The notes beneath the pieces were generated by a model. It ran no database searches. It saw nothing but the letters and a program-made list of their open reading frames with translations, and was not told the DNA's origin. DNA of 32,765 nucleotides. Source: Octopus bimaculoides (Eukaryota). The stretch lies in NCBI RefSeq assembly GCF_001194135.2, contig NC_068989.1:42651055-42683819 (forward strand), given 5' to 3'. Each line of letters begins with the position of its first letter. The stretch's first letter is position 1. A program made the position numbers and the translations under genes. Below, piece by piece: positions 22,777 to 32,765 of the stretch.

Positions 22777-24606
22777 AAACAGCTGCAAGCCAAATTTGCT
22801 CCAATAAAGGAGTAATATGTAATGGCCATTATTTTTAACTTGTCACTTATATATCTCTCTGTGTAAAATTCAGTTTGTCTGGAGCGCATCTACGGATTTA
22901 CAATCTAGAATTGTGATGAACCATTACTTTGGACCCTAGAAAAAAATTACATGGAGATTTTAACAAATCTAAGTAGTATTGTTAGCCTGGTGTGCCAACA
23001 GAGGGCTCATAAAGTATTTTCCCCCAATTGATAATTCCTCACTATTTGTTCTATATATATGCGCACGCGCGTGTCTGTGTATGTGTGTCTGTGTCTCTGT
23101 GTGTGTGTGTGTATGTGTGTGTGTGTGTGTTTTATCAAATATACAACTGTGTAGCTGCTTGTTTGGAACAATAAAGTTCCTAAATTCATGTTCAACATTT
23201 CCAGACCTTCACAGTCTCATTTACACGAGATGAATTGATTTGGTGTGTACGTTGTTCCTAATATAATGTTTGCATACACGTAGGCTAAATGCTTTTTGAC
23301 CGTTAGGCTTCAACGTTGGAAGTGCTGTGTTGATTTGCTTTGTTGTAGTCAAACTGTTGACAGCTTGGTTTTTCATGGCAGTGGGCACGTGTTAAATTTT
23401 TGATATGCATGTTCGTGCCTTCATTTTGGGTAATGTGTTATCATATGAGTATCACTCCCATGAATAATCAGCTACTTTTGAGAGGAATTTTTATAGTATG
23501 TATAATCCGAGGAACTTTTCTGTTCGGCTGCATCTGCTGAAATTTGAAGTTTATTAAACATTTTTAAATTTGGTGTATGAATGTAATTTTCCACGCTGAA
23601 TCTCAGGAGATATTTTGCTCTTCCAGAAAAAAGAAAAGAAAAAAAACGTTATATAGAAGTTTAAAGTTTGATCATTTTTACCCAGTCAGAAAACAGGCTT
23701 TGGAAGCTGTCATTTTGTGCGCGACAGCATGTGTTGACAATTGTAAACAAATGAAATATTGGCGGGATTCTGCTTTACGCAGGCCATAAAACCTCTCATA
23801 ACTTTTTTATTTTTCGGAATATTCAGAAAATCTTTGTGAATTTATATTTCACACACGGGAATTCATGCGACTTTGCAAAACAAAATAATTGGTGGTGCGT
23901 AATTTAAGGCCTATTTATCTGTTATTTTTAGCACATCTCACGACCACTTCAATGAGCCGAATATATTTCTCAACATATGTGCTTTCTCGCAGAAAAAAAA
24001 CAAAGAGTTCTCATGCTTGGTTTGTTAGTATGAAAACAGATATGAATGTGTCAGTCAGTGGCTTATGATTGGCTAAAATTACCCAAAATTTGCAAAATTT
24101 AAAAGCTATTAACTCTTCATTTACTGATTTATGGTGAAAATGAATTTTATGTCAATGATTAGCATACAAACTACATCATTAAACCAAATATGAAATCAAT
24201 TCGAACAGAAATTGAAGAAATTGAAAAGCGGTAGTCAAACAGAAAGGATCCTTATCCGATAGTATTTTTCTACCTTTTTGTATAGTGTTTTGAGATGGTT
24301 CCTTGTTGTATGGTGAGCCTACAAGAGATGGCTGTACTAGTATGTCTAAAGTAACTTATGAGAATTTAGACGGAAATTACAAGGAGATAATACAAAATCA
24401 GAAAATTATTGATAGAAGCGATAACCAAATCGGAACATAATGTAAAATTAAGCACGCAAGAAATACACACACCATGTTAATAAGATATACCTGGTGGCAT
24501 GAAAAACTAACGGCTAAAATTTGACCAATCTCCCTCAGTTGCCCACCGCCATAGGTGCGCGTGTATATGGTTCTGCTAATTACAGCTTAATGGTAAAATT
24601 CAAAAG

Positions 24607-25058
24607 TCTTCGTTTTGGCGCGCTAATTTCAGGAATATGTCTGCAGAGAATATTTACTAAACCGGTCCCTGTTTAATAATGTTCTTTTTCGTTTTTTTTT
24701 AAATGTCTTGCCCGCTTACGTTTTGGTATCACGCTATATTTCATGTTGAGAACAATTTAGGTCTTTTTAGACACAAGATGTGATCTATTTCTAGCACATT
24801 GTATGTCCACGTTAGTGGTCAACGTCATATATAAAAATGTACTTTAATCCCCTGAGATTGCAGATACTGTTTCTGAATCTCTTTGATTCATTAAATGTGC
24901 TAGCTTCCTGGTAATTAATCGATATTAATTAATATATGATTTTTTACCCTATTTTTTAATAATATATTAACCCTTACTGAGTTCTCATACTGGATATATG
25001 CGACGCAGTAAATATTTTCTGCAGACATATTCCTGAAATTAGCGCGCCAAAACGAAGA
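24607..25058. repeat. 52-bp inverted repeat (24607-24658 and 25007-25058), right arm running into a gap
   Basis: TCTTCGTTTTGGCGCGCTAATTTCAGGAATATGTCTGCAGAGAATATTTACT versus its reverse complement with one mismatch. Confidence 0.9.
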
Positions 25059-26051
25059 NNNNNNNNNNNNNNNNNNNNNNNNNNNNNNNNNNNNNNNNNN
25101 NNNNNNNNNNNNNNNNNNNNNNNNNNNNNNNNNNNNNNNNNNNNNNNNNNNNNNNNNNNNNNNNNNNNNNNNNNNNNNNNNNNNNNNNNNNNNNNNNNNN
25201 NNNNNNNNNNNNNNNNNNNNNNNNNNNNNNNNNNNNNNNNNNNNNNNNNNNNNNNNNNNNNNNNNNNNNNNNNNNNNNNNNNNNNNNNNNNNNNNNNNNN
25301 NNNNNNNNNNNNNNNNNNNNNNNNNNNNNNNNNNNNNNNNNNNNNNNNNNNNNNNNNNNNNNNNNNNNNNNNNNNNNNNNNNNNNNNNNNNNNNNNNNNN
25401 NNNNNNNNNNNNNNNNNNNNNNNNNNNNNNNNNNNNNNNNNNNNNNNNNNNNNNNNNNNNNNNNNNNNNNNNNNNNNNNNNNNNNNNNNNNNNNNNNNNN
25501 NNNNNNNNNNNNNNNNNNNNNNNNNNNNNNNNNNNNNNNNNNNNNNNNNNNNNNNNNNNNNNNNNNNNNNNNNNNNNNNNNNNNNNNNNNNNNNNNNNNN
25601 NNNNNNNNNNNNNNNNNNNNNNNNNNNNNNNNNNNNNNNNNNNNNNNNNNNNNNNNNNNNNNNNNNNNNNNNNNNNNNNNNNNNNNNNNNNNNNNNNNNN
25701 NNNNNNNNNNNNNNNNNNNNNNNNNNNNNNNNNNNNNNNNNNNNNNNNNNNNNNNNNNNNNNNNNNNNNNNNNNNNNNNNNNNNNNNNNNNNNNNNNNNN
25801 NNNNNNNNNNNNNNNNNNNNNNNNNNNNNNNNNNNNNNNNNNNNNNNNNNNNNNNNNNNNNNNNNNNNNNNNNNNNNNNNNNNNNNNNNNNNNNNNNNNN
25901 NNNNNNNNNNNNNNNNNNNNNNNNNNNNNNNNNNNNNNNNNNNNNNNNNNNNNNNNNNNNNNNNNNNNNNNNNNNNNNNNNNNNNNNNNNNNNNNNNNNN
26001 NNNNNNNNNNNNNNNNNNNNNNNNNNNNNNNNNNNNNNNNNNNNNNNNNNN

Positions 26052-26097
<46 letters not shown>

Positions 26098-26826
26098 TGC
26101 GTGTGTGTGTGTGTGTGTATTCATATATATCTATGCATATATAACAGTGTGAAAGAATCCACAAACTGTTATAGAACAAGTATATGATAACAACTAATAT
26201 AACCCATAGATGTATACAACACGGGATTTTCTACATTGTTACATGCTCTTTGCTTCATTATTTACCTAAGTTCTGCTCATATTTTCAAGTATCCCTTTTT
26301 ATCTCCTGTAAAATGGTTAGGTCAATCAGTATTTATTTTTATATTCCTGTAACTAAGAGTCGTCTTTTTCGCAGTCTAGTTTTCTCATTCAAATGTTTGC
26401 TTCTAGCAATGCATTTTCACTAAATTTTTCTTTGTAATGAATTGCATTATTTGTTTTAAAATACAACGGAATATTTTCCTAAACGTTTCTATCGAAACCA
26501 GTAATATTTCTAAAACTGTAAAATATTCAAGGAACTTTCGAATTTCTCAAAGGCATTTTCAATATTCGATATGGAGCTTCCAAGTGACCTCCAGGTGACC
26601 GCTTCCAGGTGACCTCTACAACTGAAACTCTAAGATTCTATCAAATCAGATTTTTTCTCTGTTCCCTCTTTTCTCCCCTATATCTCTCTCACTCCTTTTC
26701 TTTTTCATGTTTAACTTGATCAATATTTTCTTTCCCTTTGAATGTATATTTTTGAACCTATAAAACACTGTACATCCACAAATCTTCACAACATAAATTT
26801 TCCTTCTAATAATTTTCAAGCGATAA

Positions 26827-27013
26827 GACGGTGAGCTGTCAGAATCATTAGCACACCAGGAAAAAATGCTTAACGGAATTCTTCCGACTTACGTTCTCCG
26901 TTCATCCGATCGGAGTCGATAAAATAAGTACCAGCTGAACCCTGGGGCTGATGTAATCGACTTACGCCCTACTCTGAACATGCAAGTCTTGTGTGCCAAA
27001 ATTTGAAGCCAAT
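26827..27013 (+). mobile_element. SINE family A copy with internal deletion
   Basis: GACGGTGAGCTGTCAGAATCATTAGCAC...GTCGATAAAATAAGTACCAG...GATGTAATCGACTT...GTGCCAAAATTTGAA. Confidence 0.8.
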
Positions 27014-28753
27014 ATTTGCCAGCGATGTCTGTAACAAGATCCCTCAACTTTTACTATTGTTTTTGTAATGTATACCCTGATTCCAGTTAACTATTGTACA
27101 CTGGAAGTAAGACGCCATAGAAGATCTTGAAGGTGTCATGCTGAAAAATCTGATCTGAACTGCGTAGTTAAGGAACAAAATATTGAAAAATCGGTGTATT
27201 TGAGCACTTATCAGGAACCACACATCCGTATGGTTATATGTCCATGGAGAGATATTATACATAGTCATTATAATTAAGGATTTCACTTAAGAGGAACACT
27301 GAATAGTATATTGCTAGCAGCAGCAAGTTCAAAACGGGATCGAAAACAGTAGAAATTAACCATATTTTTCGATACACAGAGAAATTATTAGGTATTTGTT
27401 TATATTTGTCTGGCATATTCAGTGTTTATGTAGCGTATATAGTGTTAGATAAAGCTAGATTTACTACTACAAGGGATTTTCTCCATGATACACTTATAGT
27501 AGCAGAAACACGTTGCTTTGTAAGTCAGTAATGCACAAATGTACGTGTGTGAGAGCGTATATTGTGCTTGTGTATGTATGCATGTGCACTCATATGCATA
27601 TTCGTTTAGACGCATATACACATACACAAGTACATTACGTATTTGTATATTAACATACATACATATATACACACGCACATACACACAAACACACACACAC
27701 ACACATATATGTATGTATATATATATATATATATATNNNNNNNNNNNNNNNNNNNNNNNNNNNNNNNNNNNNNNNNNNNNNNNNNNNNNNNNNNNNNNNN
27801 NNNNNNNNNNNNNNNNNNNNNNNNNNNNNNNNNNNNNNNNNNNNNNNNNNNNNNNNNNNNNNNNNNNNNNNNNNNNNNNNNNNNNNNNNNNNNNNNNNNN
27901 NNNNNNNNNNNNNNNNNNNNNNNNNNNNNNNNNNNNNNNNNNNNNNNNNNNNNNNNNNNNNNNNNNNNNNNNNNNNNNNNNNNNNNNNNNNNNNNNNNNN
28001 NNNNNNNNNNNNNNNNNNNNNNNNNNNNNNNNNNNNNNNNNNNNNNNNNNNNNNNNNNNNNNNNNNNNNNNNNNNNNNNNNNNNNNNNNNNNNNNNNNNN
28101 NNNNNNNNNNNNNNNNNNNNNNNNNNNNNNNNNNNNNNNNNNNNNNNNNNNNNNNNNNNNNNNNNNNNNNNNNNNNNNNNNNNNNNNNNNNNNNNNNNNN
28201 NNNNNNNNNNNNNNNNNNNNNNNNNNNNNNNNNNNNNNNNNNNNNNNNNNNNNNNNNNNNNNNNNNNNNNNNNNNNNNNNNNNNNNNNNNNNNNNNNNNN
28301 NNNNNNNNNNNNNNNNNNNNNNNNNNNNNNNNNNNNNNNNNNNNNNNNNNNNNNNNNNNNNNNNNNNNNNNNNNNNNNNNNNNNNNNNNNNNNNNNNNNN
28401 NNNNNNNNNNNNNNNNATATATATAAATTATATAATAACGAAAGGATGAGAGTTATTCGTCTTGTTTTGGTACTCAGATTAAGAAAATATTGAGATCGGA
28501 TTCAGTATTTGAATATGACATAAAACAAGTAAAGTAGGATAATGCTAGAAGGAAGAATTTCGATTATATGTATGCATAAATGTTTGCTTGAATGTGTGCA
28601 TGTGCGTACGTGTGTGTGTGGTTGTGTGTGTCGGTGTGTGCATGTGAGTGCGTGCATGTATGTGCGTCCTTATAGTGCGTATGTTTGTGTGCATGTACAT
28701 GTACCTATGTATGTATATTAAAAAGTATAAGTACATTTGTTTATTAATGCTTA

Positions 28754-29354
28754 CGTGGTGCATTCCAAAAATTTTGAGACTTTGTTAGGAGACGCAGTTA
28801 TAACTGTCCAAGATTACTGTACATTTAGTATATCATTTCTATGCTTCTAATAAGCTGACTTGCTAACTTTTTATTCTAGATCAGATTGAGGGAGATGGCT
28901 GTAACGGCACGGCGTTTTGAACACACTCTATTGAACAGTACTTGTCACAACTGACTAGTTTGTAAAATGCAATAGAGTGGTGAAGACTGTTAAAATGACC
29001 CAAAACTCAAGAGAAACTTATGAAATGATCCAAACTGCTAATGGTTAAACTTGTATGAAGCGAACATCTGTTTTTCGTTGACACAAGAGATTCAAGGGTG
29101 ATAGAGAGGAGGTGAGAGACGAAGAAAGGTGTCGGTATGAGTGGGGGCGTCAGAACAGAGCTGGTTGAGAAATTTCGCCGTTTTGTGAATGAAGACCGTC
29201 GCATGTCTATAAAGACAATAAGCATACAGTTGAGGGTTGGTGTGACAAGTGTACAGAGAATTATTGATGCGCAAGATTTGTACAAAGTTTGTTCCTAGGG
29301 TGTTCAGTGATGTGCATCCTGGTAACAATTACTTGACAGAGATGGGCATCAAAA
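28754..29354 (+). mobile_element. Internally deleted mariner remnant
   Basis: Starts TA|CGTGGTGCATTCCAAAAA. Fragments read RETYEMIQTA..HKRFKGDREEVRDEER..VNEDRRMSIKTIS..RKICTKFVPRV, joined to the C-terminal-like NYLTEMGIK. No right TIR is seen. Confidence 0.8.
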
Positions 29355-29358
29355 TATT

Positions 29359-29371
29359 AATAATAATAATG

Positions 29372-29467
<96 letters not shown>

Positions 29468-29471
29468 GTTG

Positions 29472-29557
<86 letters not shown>

Positions 29558-29577
29558 GTCATCATCATCATCATCAT
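29359..29577. repeat. (AAT)n directly abutting (ATT)n
   Basis: The orientation switches at 29430/29431. The ATT part is the tail of the minus-strand LINE. Confidence 0.95.
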
Positions 29578-30480
29578 TTTGGTTTTGCTCTGATTCGGTC
29601 TTATTCTTGGTAAGATTTATGTGGGTAGCGGGTTGCTACCTGTAACCTTAACTATCCACAAGTTTTCAACTGTCGTTCAAGTTCTTAAAATTGCAGTACA
29701 TGGTCCTCACTCTAAACGTGATAACTGGGACATTTGGAACAACGCAGTGATGTCCAATTCGGGGGCTAGTGTAGCTCCTAATGCCAAAGTTTGGTGTTAA
29801 CCCCTCCAGGATCTTCCTTAAGTATATCACAACATACTTCTCTCGTCTTCGCTCCAGGGAGTAAACTCGTAATTCTTTCTGTCTTTCCACGTTGTTCATC
29901 TGTTCCATTGATGCAATCTTCCTGATGTAGCACCGCTGAACTACCTCAAGCTCCGCTAGTAATTTGATACTGTGGGGTGATCACAGTTGAGAGCAGTAGT
30001 CCAGACGGCTGAGTACAAATGTCCTCCATAGAACCAGTATAGTTCCGTTGTCCCTTGTTTTAAATTTCTCAAAAAAACATCCGGCCTTTCGCTTGCACAT
30101 TGTTACCATCTTAGTGATATGTACGTGAAACGAGGCGTCGTTGCTCAGATTAATCTCCAAATCATGCACTGTACTTGACTCTGGGATTGCCGCTCCTTTT
30201 GGTCGAAAGTATTGTTATTGCGGCTTGTAAGCATTGGCCAGCTAATCGCGGAGGGCTTCGAATTTACTTGCATTAAATTGCTTGTTGTTTTCTTCAGCGC
30301 ATTCATATATGGCACTTAGGTTTTTCTATAGAAGATTAGCATCGGAAGGTTCCTTGAGTGCTTGTACTACTTTCGTGTCGTTGGCATAGCTAGTAAGTGT
30401 TGCGGTTTGCGTATTTGATTGCATGTCTGAGAGATCCACCATAAACAGCAGCGGACCCAAGACACTTCCCTGAGGCATGC
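29578..30480 (-). mobile_element. CR1-group LINE reverse transcriptase 3' fragment, disrupted
   Basis: PQGSVLGPLLF, YANDTK (YADD equivalent), HDLEI (RDLGV equivalent), SRLDYCSQL, LEVVQR, RVYSLERRR, followed by a 3' UTR and (AAT)n tail. Several stops and frameshifts. Confidence 0.9.
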
Positions 30481-30898
30481 GATATAATATAGTGTATATA
30501 TATATATATNNNNNNNNNNNNNNNNNNNNNNNNNNNNNNNNNNNNNNNNNNNNNNNNNNNNNNNNNNNNNNNNNNNNNNNNNNNNNNNNNNNNNNNNNNN
30601 NNNNNNNNNNNNNNNNNNNNNNNNNNNNNNNNNNNNNNNNNNNNNNNNNNNNNNNNNNNNNNNNNNNNNNNNNNNNNNNNNNNNNNNNNNNNNNNNNNNN
30701 NNNNNNNNNATATATACATATACACAAACGTAAATGTCGAGTGCTCAACGTTACTTTGGTGGAGAGAATTTCATTAATTGTGTATGAAGGCTACCGTTCG
30801 TTTCATGTTAAGAAAAAAAATATCTTAATATCTTAACGATTTTTCAAGCCGATCACATAGAAGAATGGTGTTCGTTTTCATTTTGGATAAAAACACAA

Positions 30899-31023
30899 TG
30901 TCTCTCTCTCTCTGTCTCTCTCTCTCTGTCTCTCTCTCTCTCTGTCTCTCTCTCTCTCCCTCTCTGTCTCTATATATATACTTACATACATACATAGACA
31001 GACAGACAGAAAGACAGACAGAC

Positions 31024-31081
<58 letters not shown>

Positions 31082-31091
31082 NNNNNNNNNN

Positions 31092-31129
<38 letters not shown>

Positions 31130-31160
31130 GGATGGATAGATAGAGAGATAGAGATAGAGA
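30899..31160. repeat. (CT)n and (GATA)n tracts
   Basis: Direct reading. Confidence 0.95.
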
Positions 31161-31748
31161 TAGATGCAGATATACATATTTTGCCATACACATTTGCAAA
31201 TAGATACACAGGCGCACACACACACAAACAAACACACACGCACACACATACACATACACACAAACACACACACACACACACATTTACAGTCAGTGCGCAA
31301 AAGATAAAGTTTCTTAATCTAATACTCTTAATTCTCTAATCTGCAAACACAAAGTGGTAGACCTCGGCAACTTATATACTTATAGTTTGGTTTAACTGGA
31401 ATTTACTGCTTGAAATAGACTCCAAAGAACTCACATTTTTTAAATATAAAATATAAAGCAACAGAAATTTTCCTGAACAAATCGAAGAATGACTTCATGT
31501 ACAAAAAATAAAAAGATGTATTATATTGGAGCTAAAATTGCTTTCTTTAAAAATGCTGATATGATAAATGAATATATTATAATCATAATATTTACAATAT
31601 TAATAATGTCTGTTCAATATCAATAACACAATCGCTTAGTGCTATTGTTGAAATGACTTATCTCGCCGGCAGCCGTTTTAACAGTCATCTTCTATATGTT
31701 TGGTATCTATAATTTTGTTTAACTGATATATTGTTATCATAAATGCGC

Positions 31749-31810
<62 letters not shown>

Positions 31811-31941
31811 ACATACACACATACACACACACAAACACACACACACACACACATATATTCCGTATATATATATTTAAGAGACGAGGAATTATGTACATTA
31901 TTTACATTTGACGGATATTTGTCCTCGTCTTGTTTGTTGTT

Positions 31942-31987
31942 AACACAACGTTTCGGCTGATATACCGTCCAGCCTTCATCAGGTGTC
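31942..31987 (-). ncRNA. Minimal type I hammerhead ribozyme motif (Penelope-associated, dimer-type)
   Basis: GACAC-CUGAUGA-A-GGCUG(gacgguauau)CAGCC-GAAA-CGU-U^GUGUU. Stem I is 5 bp (one G.U), stem II is 5 bp, stem III is the palindrome ACGU, and the cleavage triplet is GUU. Confidence 0.7.
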
Positions 31988-32039
31988 TTGAGGATATTTC
32001 GAACCTGGGTGCTCATTCCTAAGGTATTTTTCGATGTTG

Positions 32040-32085
<46 letters not shown>

Positions 32086-32087
<2 letters not shown>

Positions 32088-32157
32088 TCATTGTCTGGAA
32101 TCGAACTCGGAATCCTGGGGTTAGTAGCCCGAGCTCTTAACCACTACACCATATGCC
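32086..32157 (-). other. tRNA-derived Pol III promoter head (pseudo-tRNA)
   Basis: GGCATATGGTGTAGTGGTTAAGAGCTCGGGCTACTAACCCCAGGATTCCGAGTTCGATTCCAGAC. A box TGGTGTAGTGG, B box GAGTTCGATTCC and anticodon loop CTACTAA are present, but the acceptor and T stems pair poorly. Confidence 0.75.
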
Positions 32158-32323
32158 TGTGGGCAATTGAGTGAATTTTAAGGCTTATAAATCTAATATT
32201 CACCTATCTTTCCTTAATACCGGTTCCCATATGCTGTTTATATCTGCACTCGGTCTTAAGGAAGGATATGAGAATATTAGATTTATAATCCCTAAAATCC
32301 ACTCCATAATTGGCATAGTGGTT

Positions 32324-32400
<77 letters not shown>

Positions 32401-32464
32401 CAACAACAACAACAACATCGAAAAATACCTTAGGAATGAGAACCCTGGTTCGAAATATCCCCAA

Positions 32465-32510
32465 GACACCTGATGAAGGCTGGCGGATATATCAGCCGAA
32501 ACATTGTGTT
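32465..32510 (+). ncRNA. Second copy of the hammerhead motif, stem III mutated
   Basis: GACAC-CTGATGA-A-GGCTG(gcggatatat)CAGCC-GAAA-CAT-T^GTGTT. ACGT has become ACAT (CpG-type change), so it is probably impaired. Confidence 0.55.
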
Positions 32511-32599
32511 AACAACAAACAAAATGAGAACAAATATCTGTCAATTGTAAATAATGTAAATAGTGTATATGTTCCTTATATATATATATGTGTGTATAC

Positions 32600-32635
32600 C
32601 TTTCTGTTGAAGAGTATAGGCTCGAAACGTAAAAG
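32600..32635 (+). ncRNA. Hammerhead-like motif with variant core CUGUUGA, in a different repeat
   Basis: CTTT-CTGTTGA-A-GAGT(ATAG)GCTC-GAAA-CGT-A^AAAG. Stem I is 4 bp, stem II is 4 bp (one G.U), stem III is the palindrome ACGU, the site is GUA, and there is an A6U substitution. Confidence 0.5.
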
Positions 32636-32765
32636 ACTTTCTCACCTTCCCGAGCGTTAAACAAATACACCTGTTTGTTGTTTATTCATTGTTACAATTT
32701 TGCATTTGTTTATCTTTGTGTGATTTCATTGAACAAGTTTTAAAGGTTGAGCATGTATTTGCACG

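Larger units (their letters stand above)
31874..32562. mobile_element. Head-to-head palindromic composite element: IR + tRNA-derived head + (AAT)n + hammerhead-bearing segment
   Basis: Outer arms ~31890-32040 and ~32405-32562 are reverse complements. Inner arms are 32163-32222 and 32251-32314, with a 28-nt spacer. Only the left arm keeps the full tRNA-like head. Confidence 0.8.

Noticed and set aside
23570-24230. Sequence with the texture of a non-autonomous DNA transposon
   Set aside because: I could not identify matching TIRs or a TSD, so it is not reported as a feature.
26579-26614. Three copies of TCCA(A/G)GTGACC
   Set aside because: Too short and irregular for CRISPR or a satellite. 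It is probably slippage inside an old repeat.
32086-32157. Functional tRNA-Ser(ACT) gene
   Set aside because: The acceptor and T stems do not pair, there is no Ser-type long variable arm, there is no T4 terminator, and it ends in (AAT)n. It is a SINE-type pseudo-tRNA head.

Overview
This is AT-rich, microsatellite-saturated eukaryotic non-coding DNA with about 4.4 kb of N gaps. The SINE families look like those of Octopus (from my recall of those repeats, not a search), so it is probably an intron or intergenic region of a gapped octopus assembly. No intact protein-coding gene is supported, and nearly all long ORFs in the track are microsatellite or N artefacts. Recognisable content is transposon debris: tRNA-derived SINEs, two R4/Dong-like (restriction-like endonuclease) LINE 3' fragments, a CR1-group LINE fragment, three mariner remnants, a MITE, a probable solo LTR, a probable non-autonomous Helitron and several long inverted repeats. 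The most interesting structure is at about 31.87-32.64 kb. It is a head-to-head palindrome whose unit reads [short IR]-[tRNA-derived Pol III head]-(AAT)n-[minimal type I hammerhead ribozyme of the Penelope-associated kind], followed by a third hammerhead with a variant CUGUUGA core. Decayed hammerhead-like motifs also occur elsewhere in the window. Ribozyme activity and family status are inferred from sequence only and are untested.
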